Positions 1 through 6,775 of a DNA stretch of 10,098 nt are shown here, one piece after another. The first letter of the stretch is position 1, and the number at the start of each line of letters is the position of its first letter. Location of the stretch: positions 1-10,098 of the forward strand of contig JBJCIZ010000091.1 in assembly GCA_051294375.1 (NCBI GenBank). The letters are read 5' to 3'. The position numbers were made by a program, and so were the translations under genes. The notes under the pieces were generated by a model that worked only from the letters and a program-made list of their open reading frames with translations, made no database searches and was not told the DNA's origin. Origin of the DNA: Paraspadella gotoi. Lineage: Eukaryota; Animalia; Chaetognatha.

Positions 1-1245
1 TTAAGAGGAAAGGTCATTCAGCCTGAAAATCTAAAAGCCGTACAGACGTATAAATATATCACGATGGAATACCTCGTTCTTTGATTTTAGAGAACCTAAA
101 TCGACATTCGTTTAATATTCAATCCAAAAATCCGACCTCAACTTTTCATTATTTTTTTTAATCGGTAATAGAAAATCCTAAGAAAAATTTAAGGTTGAGA
201 ACGGTAAGCAATAGTTTAATTCACCTTTCTTTAAAAAAATTTATTACTTTGCTTATGATGCGACCATTCAATCCTCAGAAACATTGTTTACTTTTTTAGA
301 TAAAAAAAAAATTATATATATGCTTTTAGGTTATCATACAAATAAATACAAATATACATTGATTCAGTTAAGCTATATTTAATGAATTCAAAATATTTAA
401 CATATCATAAAAATCAGTTGCAACATTGTTTTCGTTTTTGTGAAGTGGAGGAAACGCCATGAACATTGGGAAATTTTTTTTAGTGTTCTGCTGCAAAGCG
501 CCTCGTATAAAAGCCGCTTATATCTTTGCATAGCAGGATATTGTGTAGTTGACTGTTCTGTGGCCTAAAAGAATTACAATTACAATACTTGGTAAGTTTT
601 TGCATTTTTTCATAAAAGTACAAATCAGGATGTAAAGGCACGAAAAATAAAAATTGTATGAAATTCATACAAACAATATAAAAATTATCCATTCATTTAA
701 TAAAAAAGCTATCTTACCCCTGACTTTGGACAGGCTTTGGTGGTTTAAGGCCTCCATCACTCTTACAAGATAATGATAATAATCTTTTAAGCAAGACTCT
801 CTCACAGTCTTGTTTATTCACTCCCAGATTACCTGGTTTCCCTATTAATGAAGTGGTAGAATGTTTCAATTGTATGAAAAGACGTATGTAATGATTGCTT
901 AATAATAGCATAATAATTAGTAGTAATAATTATATCATAATCAATTTAAATGTTATTATCTTTCATTTATAATGGATATATAATATAATTAATATCAGAT
1001 TCATTACTGTACAGTACCAAACATATTTTTTGGAAAATATCTTTAAAAAAATATTAATTACACCAATATAGTATAAGTGACAAATATAAATGTTGAAAAT
1101 TTGGTTTGGTACAAACCGATATATGCTGTCGTTTTTTTAAAGTGGTTTCGCCACATACTGTGGCCCTATTCCACCAAATGAAAATACTTAATTATAAGCA
1201 GAGGAACCATATTCTTGATTAAAATAAATGGACTGCAATGGATTA

Positions 1246-1636
1246 GCAAAAGAATAAGGTAAACAAACTTGCCATGAAGAAAATTACAAGCAAGGGAACA
1301 CGTAAACAACCTTGCTGTTGAAAATATTGGCAAGGGAACAAGGTAAACAACCTTACCATGAAAATATACTTTGAAAGCAAGGGAACACGTAAACAACCTT
1401 GCTGTTGAATAGTTAGGCAAGGGAACAAGGTAAACAACCTTGCCATGAATAAACATTACAAGCAAGGGAACACGTAAACTACCTTGCTGTTGAAAATATT
1501 GGCAAGGGAACAAGGTTAAACAACCCCTTACCACTGAATCAGACTTGCAAACGCCAAACGGGAACACGTCAACAACCCTTTGCCGTTGAATCCGACGTCA
1601 GGCAAAGGGCAACACAATGTGTGTAAACAACCTTGC
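1246..1636. repeat. Array of nine hairpin repeats, core GCAAGGGAACA(C/AG)GTAAACAACCTTGC, with 14-21 bp linkers
   Basis: Cores start at 1246, 1290, 1330, 1377, 1417, 1462, 1502, 1553 and 1602. A-type cores (..ACACGT..) alternate with B-type (..ACAAGGT..). Each has a GCAAGG/CCTTGC inverted repeat, degenerate in the first and last three copies. Confidence 0.95.
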
Positions 1637-1643
1637 CACAAAT

Positions 1644-2012
1644 TTATGGGACAAGAACTATTTTGAAATGAATATTTTTTGGACGGTTCATTAAAAGCAA
1701 ACTTGGTCTCTCTGAATCAACTTCTCCATATTCTAACCATTGCCAATTTCCATTCTGGTATTCAGAATATACATATATATTACAATTACTCAACTTAGTA
1801 AACGCTGTTATTTCTAAATGTGTACCCCATTTCTTATTTTTTCGCATTTTTATAATGTATTCCTTAGAAATATCATCGTCTGCATGTTGAAGCATATAAT
1901 CACAGATATTTTTTCTCACTTGCTTATGAAACTTTTCACTTCCACTGATCACCCATGATAATGACCGGAATAAACAGTTTCCATCGGGAGCAACGTCAAG
2001 TGTTTCTAAAGG
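1644..2012 (-). other. OTU (ovarian tumour) cysteine protease / deubiquitinase domain within the transposase ORF
   Basis: VAPDGNCLFRSLS (D675 at 1983-1985, catalytic C678 at 1974-1976), H..VR..I..Y helix, WGTHLEI (OTU WG..E motif), IYVY strand and NIHF (catalytic H780 at 1668-1670). Confidence 0.9.
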
Positions 2013-4001
2013 TTCTCTGTTATACAATCTTTGTTTTAAATTTTGACCATTGTAAGGAGCTATAGTTCTGTATGGAATGCCAAACATCCTGCTCATTTTC
2101 AAGCACCATTCAAGATGTACTGGTAAAAAGTAGAAGACTCGTTGTTGAATGCATAAAATTTCTGGTGATGGACTCCTTCTATTCTGACTAGTTTCTAATG
2201 ATGTTTCAACATATTTTTTTACTTTTAGTTTTAGTTCATCATCGCTGACAAATTCTTGAAACCGTTGTTTCACTTTACTTTTTGGTGAAGAAACCCTTTT
2301 CCGCTTTCTGGTTTCTAATGATTTAATTTCTTTTTTAACTTCTGGCGGATCAACAGGTACAATTCCTGACAAATTAGTGTTTTTATTTTCTGCTTCATCA
2401 TTTAGGCCAAGAAAACTCTTCTTTTTTAAGCCATATGCATTACCTTTTGATAGCTTATTCTTCTTTCGTGCTGAAGCCCGTTTCAATTTTTCAACTTTTG
2501 CCTTTTTCTTCATACCTGTATCTCGGTAATTTTGCGAATATTGGATAGACTTGTGCCTCATGTTGATGTCATTTTTCAACACGGCTTCCATTTGAGTAGA
2601 AATAGGTAAGTTTAAATCAGTACTCAACAATTTTAACCAATGTTCAATATTCTCATTCTTTTCTAATCTGAAATGATCTGTCATATTGTTATCCAAAAGC
2701 GCCATATCGGTTCTTGCCTGATAACTGTGACCGTGCAAGGGATGAGATTTATTGCGGTATTCAGTTAACTTTGAATTGGTTGATTCAATATGATTAGTTG
2801 TCAACGCGCCTCCTAGTTCGGGAACGAGAAATGTATCTGCTTTGTCTGCACAGTTGCTGATAGTAATCACAAATAGTAAGTGGTGGAATTGGCAGTCAAG
2901 TTGAGAATCTCCCGCATTAGCTCGTGATGGGCAAATGTCCTTTTCTGAGCACAACCCGCAAACACATGAGAAATCATGAAATTCACATTGTAAATGATTT
3001 CCAATTACGTGAAACAATGCATAATTTTTTAAATGCTTTTTGAATTCTTTAACATTAGTTCCATAATTTTTTATACAGCGGTAAAAACTTGCCATCCCAT
3101 GAAAATGAATAAATTCTTCATTTATACAACCACATCCTTTGGAATGTCTTTTTTGACATTTACAATCAGGGGTGCTAAGTATTCTCTCAGAAAACACTGG
3201 ATTGTCTTTCGCTAATTTTTCTCTTTCGTTGCTATTCAACTTTCTGACCTTCATGAGCTCCATCAAATCTTTTCTCAATTTCCTTGCAATATGTTGACTA
3301 CATTGATACGATTCAACATTAGGGAAATATTCTTTGAGTTTTTTCTTAGATGAAGAATCCCCATCTTGAATTGCAATACTTATGGCAGCTCCCTTACTTT
3401 TAAGAAACTCACAGCCTTTCATTGTTCCAATACCTTCCATTGCTTGTGATGAAGCTGGACATGCTTCTCCATCTAACATTTTCGTGTGAGAATTATGATT
3501 TCGACTAATCAGAATTACAGCTTCGGGCCTTTCATTTTCTATTTCAGAAGGTAACATAGCTTTAAAGGTTGTTGTGGAACAAGCACCATTTCGTCGTATT
3601 TGCCAAGCAGTGTCTAACTCGACAACCATTCTATCAAAGGAACCAAGCTTTTCTGATTCAATTTCTTTTAAACGATTTAAATTTTTTTCAATACTGTTGT
3701 CTAACTGGCTTTTAGCTTTTTCTTCTACTTTCTTAACAAATTTCTGAAAAGTATTTTTACAAACTCCCTTCAATCCTAAAGCATTCATTTGTCTAAGATA
3801 TTTGCCATATCCAAAGCCAGCTGCTAAACTTGAGAGCAATAACTGACATTTGACTTTCCCCGATGTATCCATTGCGGCAATTAATCTGTTGGCACAGCCA
3901 TTACAAATTACAGATAAAAGAATGCCTCCACCTTGTCGATACGTAGATATTTTATCAATAAACCAAGACGATGTCAACCCATCTTTAAAACAGAAACAAA
4001 T
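1644..4001 (-). CDS. Main (last) exon of a Kolobok/Mutator-like (Phantom-type) DDE transposase fused to a C-terminal OTU protease domain
   Basis: Uninterrupted 787-aa ORF (1644..4007). Its TTG start overlaps a 3' splice site (ctaat...ttttgcag|ATT, exon starts at 4001). DDE motifs: VELDTAW (D132, 3612-3614), SSQAMEGIG, IQDGDSSS (D215, 3363-3365), CSQH = C(2)H motif (3291-3302), HxxGxHxxCxxH, TTNHIESTNS (E408, 2784-2786), then RNK...SYQARTDMALLDNN, which resembles the Kolobok K..Y..R..LA.L..N motif. Basic NLS-like RKRKR. OTU domain at the C-terminus. Confidence 0.9.
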   Translation of the reverse strand: MCFCFKDGLTSSWFIDKISTYRQGGGILLSVICNGCANRLIAAMDTSGKVKCQLLLSSLAAGFGYGKYLRQMNALGLKGVCKNTFQKFVKKVEEKAKSQLDNSIEKNLNRLKEIESEKLGSFDRMVVELDTAWQIRRNGACSTTTFKAMLPSEIENERPEAVILISRNHNSHTKMLDGEACPASSQAMEGIGTMKGCEFLKSKGAAISIAIQDGDSSSKKKLKEYFPNVESYQCSQHIARKLRKDLMELMKVRKLNSNEREKLAKDNPVFSERILSTPDCKCQKRHSKGCGCINEEFIHFHGMASFYRCIKNYGTNVKEFKKHLKNYALFHVIGNHLQCEFHDFSCVCGLCSEKDICPSRANAGDSQLDCQFHHLLFVITISNCADKADTFLVPELGGALTTNHIESTNSKLTEYRNKSHPLHGHSYQARTDMALLDNNMTDHFRLEKNENIEHWLKLLSTDLNLPISTQMEAVLKNDINMRHKSIQYSQNYRDTGMKKKAKVEKLKRASARKKNKLSKGNAYGLKKKSFLGLNDEAENKNTNLSGIVPVDPPEVKKEIKSLETRKRKRVSSPKSKVKQRFQEFVSDDELKLKVKKYVETSLETSQNRRSPSPEILCIQQRVFYFLPVHLEWCLKMSRMFGIPYRTIAPYNGQNLKQRLYNREPLETLDVAPDGNCLFRSLSWVISGSEKFHKQVRKNICDYMLQHADDDISKEYIIKMRKNKKWGTHLEITAFTKLSNCNIYVYSEYQNGNWQWLEYGEVDSERPSLLLMNRPKNIHFKIVLVP

Positions 4002-4084
4002 CTGCAAAATTTTTGTTTGTTATTTTAATTAGAAAGCAAAAGGCATTAAATGTTTATCGAGCGGGCGTTGATACTGAATATGAG

Positions 4085-4298
4085 ATATATATATATATAT
4101 TGCGAAATGCGAATGTATTCAATCTACAGATACAGCTTTGGCACGCCTAATGCGGACGAAGTAGTCTTTCAGCGAGAGAGAGAGAGAGAGAGAGAGAAAC
4201 AGAGATAAAGAGACAGAGAGCGAAAGAGAGAGAGACATCATTTTCATTATAATTAGAGAGAGAGAGAGAGAGAGAGAGAAAAATCATTTTCATTATAA
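4085..4298. repeat. Intronic microsatellites (AT)8, (GA)12, (AG)12 and a 46-bp-period duplication
   Basis: (AT)8 at 4085-4100, (GA)12 at 4174-4197, (AG)12 at 4255-4278. ATCATTTTCATTATAA occurs at 4237-4252 and 4283-4298, each copy preceded by a GA run. All lie within predicted intron 3 (4002-4387). Confidence 0.9.
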
Positions 4299-4387
4299 AT
4301 AAATATTTAAACCCTCTTTGAGGTGAGCAACAGTCTCGGTAGACACTGACTAATATTAAATTTTAAAATAATTTGAAATATTCTTAC

Positions 4388-4581
4388 CCTTGCTAATGCA
4401 TTTATTAATGCCATAAGACCACCAATGGTTCCAATGTAAACTTGTTTTTCATCAGGAGGCACAAACGATTGTCCCTTTTGATCAGGTTTATATTCGCGGT
4501 CCTCTGAATCCATGAAATATTCATCGTCTTCCTCGACAAATTTGTTCTTTATTCCTCGTAACTTACGGGACATCTCTGAGT
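4388..4581 (-). CDS. Predicted exon 3 of the transposase gene
   Basis: Lies within ORF 4307..4606. Acceptor atcag|AC (phase 1, matching exon 2). Strong donor AGG|gtaag at 4387 is phase 0, matching the phase-0 acceptor at 4002. Encodes acidic EEDDEYFMDSEDREY followed by YIGTIGGLMALINALAR, which joins ICFC...CNGC as a possible N-terminal Zn motif. Confidence 0.7.
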
Positions 4582-4653
4582 CTGATTGCAAGATGAAGTG
4601 AAACATAGTAAAACGATAGCTGAGAAGAAAAATCTTGACATTTAATTTTTAAC

Positions 4654-4756
4654 CTGACAATGCGAGTTTTCCGTTCATAATCATGCAATCTGTCTGAACT
4701 CCCCTGCTTACCGTCTTTAAGTCTGTCTGTACTGAAACTTCTCGAGTTATTGCGAA
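4654..4756 (-). CDS. Predicted exon 2 of the transposase gene (FAITREVSVQTDLKTVSRGVQTDCMIMNGKLALS)
   Basis: Acceptor ttactttttag-type tract ending ttttag|TTC at 4757, phase 0. Donor TCAG|gttaaa at 4653, phase 1. Flanking introns are 66 and 72 bp. Not in the ORF track because it is short and in a different frame. Confidence 0.55.
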
Positions 4757-4822
4757 CTAAAAGTAAAATTGACTGACTTAATAGACAAATAAACTTACTA
4801 ATTACTAAAAACTTTATTTTAC

Positions 4823-4981
4823 TTCTGATTCGTTTTCTTGGAAATCCGGCTGAGAAACAATACTTTGATCTGCTGGCTCTCCAATCCAGGACAAGAAACA
4901 ATTTCGTAAAGATAAGCTTTTCTTTCTTGCAGTCACCAGATGGTTCAATTGGATACGTTTCGATCCTTTAGAAAACGGCAT
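4823..4981 (-). CDS. Predicted exon 1 of the transposase gene (MPFSKGSKRIQLNHLVTARKK...FQENESE)
   Basis: caaaaATG in an A-rich start context at 4981-4979, 53 open codons, donor GAA|gtaaaa at 4822 just before an in-frame TAA. Basic N-terminus. The full model is 159+103+194+2358 = 2814 nt = 937 aa plus stop. Confidence 0.5.
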
Positions 4982-5174
4982 TTTTGATTCGTAAAAAAAA
5001 ATGCTCGGAAAACAGTCGTAACTAGACGGTACGACAATTATTTACGCAAAGTTTTTACTTACCAGTTAAAAAAAAATTCGCGTCACAATAAAATTGTTGC
5101 TTCTTTACGAGAACCGCTAATTCGTAATCCGTACAGAATTAACGAAAAGGCGAAACTGAGGCGACTTACGATTC

Positions 5175-5480
5175 ATCTCGAAGAGTTGCAGCCTGCACGA
5201 CTTTGCTGATATCGATTTGAAAATTAGTTTAAGTATCTTAAAAACATTTGTGAAAATGTAATAGAGAGACATTTTGATTTAAGTGTTCCAGTCAAGCGGA
5301 ATTTAAGGTTAAAGTTTTAAAACCTTTCCGTTTTTTACTGACAGAATTGCATTGATTATTTCTCAAATCGTCTGCCTCTATTACATTTTTTCGTATTCCA
5401 CGAATAAAAATTCGCGTGAGAAATATTCAAAGTGCGTCTTGGAGCCTTTTTCTGATTCTGAACCATGCAACTCTTCAGAT
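5175..5480. repeat. Nested imperfect inverted repeats (foldback) upstream of the transposase
   Basis: GAAGAGTTGCA 5180-5190 / TGCAACTCTTC 5466-5476; AAAATGTAATAGAG 5253-5266 / CTCTATTACATTTT 5376-5389; CGGAA 5297-5301 / TTCCG 5326-5330; AAGGTT 5305-5310 / AACCTT 5321-5326. All pairs are centred near 5313-5328. Confidence 0.7.
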
Positions 5481-5697
5481 AGGATATTCCTCTATTTTAT
5501 ATTGTACTAATATAAAACCCGATATAAAATGGCGTAGAACTGACCATCAAATGTTTAAAGATGAATACCATTTTTGGAAATCGCCAGGAGGCTCAGCTTT
5601 TTGGATCGATAACTCACGCATTTATGGCCCCTATTCCTTTAAAGTTGAGTTGAATGACCACTTCTTGTCTTCAATAGGCCTTTATAACGTTAGAACT
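5479..5697 (+). CDS. Possible exon of an unknown protein, divergent from the transposase
   Basis: Lies inside ORF 5416..5724 and is bounded by ctcttcag| and ACT|gtaaat, both phase 0. Encodes 73 aa of protein-like composition (YHFWKSPGGSAFWIDNSRIYGPYSFKVEL). No recognised domain and no partner exons found. Confidence 0.2.
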
Positions 5698-6725
5698 GTA
5701 AATTTTGTAATCTTTATTTTTTAAAAAAATTTATTCCCATTTGAGTACTAATTGATTAATCATTCTTTTTTAAAAAAAGAAAAATTATTTTACGTATAAT
5801 TCAAAATGAAAAAAATCGTAAAAAAGTTGGCAGAGGTCTCAAATTAAAGCTTATGTTTCTGTAGATAATGATAGATATATAAAACACTTTTAACAAATTG
5901 TCAAGCACAACAGCACAAACAATAATAAATAACATCATTTTGAAAAAATTAACTTCTCAAGATTTAACAATTCCAATAGCTCTGAAACAAAATTAAAAAA
6001 ACTAATCACCCTATTTACAGCCAATAGAACAAAAAGCCCCCCAAGGTTACTCTAGAGGATTTAGTACTGTTTATACCTTTATTTTCATCATTAATCTTCT
6101 AGATCTATAAGGGAAACATAAAACAAAAATGTGACTTAAAAATGCCCGAGAATTCCAGTTTTTAAACATCATATATTTAATCTGGAAAAGAGTAATATTT
6201 TTGGATTTTTCCTAAAAAATAAAGTCTGATAAAATGAAGTCATTCTTATTCCAGCTCTTAAAATTGAACGCGCGCTATAAATGTTCATTCCGACTGATAT
6301 TCTTTTTAAGATACTCTAATCATTTTATAATGAAAAAAAAACCGCTTTTTTTAGCAAACTTATTGAAGAGTTTGCAAGCACTTATTGCGATCGATTTTCT
6401 CACAAAAAACAAAGATAGAGAAAAAATACGTGACGCATATAGGGACGAACTAATTTACGCTAACTATAGTGCTAAATTCTGTACAAAAACTTTTTAAGCA
6501 TTTGCTGAGGCCGTAGTGGACGCATGCCTTTGCAAACTAAGCAATTAAAACTTTCCATAACTATCATAATGGTCTGCATGACCAAATTTACAATAACCCC
6601 GTTCTGGTAAAAGTAAACAAAAGAGTCGGGGTGGCAGGTGCTGCTTGAACATCTTGCGTAATCCTGCGGAATTTTGCTCGCCTCGCAAGTCGACGGACCT
6701 GCGATGCGTGAATTAGATAATAAGG

Positions 6726-6770
6726 AAATGACACCAAATGACACGCCAATGACCAAATGACCCAATTGAC
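6726..6770. repeat. Short degenerate tandem repeat of AATGAC
   Basis: AATGAC at 6727, 6737, 6748 and 6756, and ATTGAC at 6765. Confidence 0.7.
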
Positions 6771-6775
6771 TTTGA

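Larger units (their letters stand above)
5..6257 (-). mobile_element. Candidate autonomous Kolobok/Mutator-like DNA transposon; boundaries tentative
   Basis: The transposase gene makes a DNA transposon (or a domesticated derivative) very likely. Candidate ends are TTAA|GAG at 1-7 and CTC|TTAA at 6255-6261, fitting TTAA target duplication and RR..YY termini, with only patchy inverted similarity. An alternative end is CCT|TTAA at 5636-5642. The confidence value refers to the coordinates. Confidence 0.3.

Noticed and set aside
1012-1117. Inverted 9-mer GTACCAAAC/GTTTGGTAC and a small palindrome
   Set aside because: Too short to distinguish from chance.
1166-1567. ORFs 1166..1567 and 1243..1446
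   Set aside because: These are repetitive translations of the hairpin array in shifting frames, with no evidence of coding.
1246-1636. CRISPR array (palindromic repeats of about 26 bp with spacers)
   Set aside because: The linkers are only 14-21 nt, related to each other, and one is repeated exactly. Cores alternate between two types, there are no cas genes, and the context is eukaryotic with introns.
1644-4007. Fanzor/TnpB or other RNA-guided nuclease with a downstream guide RNA
   Set aside because: No RuvC motif order or C-terminal Zn-ribbon/RuvC-III signature is present. The motifs fit a C(2)H DDE transposase plus OTU.
3033-4032. Plus-strand ORFs 3033..3215 and 3850..4032
   Set aside because: Short antisense shadows of the transposase exon.
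4563-4901. 112-aa minus-strand ORF as an independent gene
   Set aside because: It has a non-ATG start and runs through AT-rich intron-like sequence. The spliced model in other frames explains the region better.
1000-5640. KolobokP-style long terminal direct repeats
   Set aside because: Only a 12-13 bp direct match (1161 versus 5625) was found, with no long similarity and no HNH-nuclease ORF.
12-5659. GGTCATTCA (12-20) and TGAATGACC (5651-5659) as a TIR pair
   Set aside because: Only 9 bp match, it extends poorly, and there is no matching TSD at the right side.
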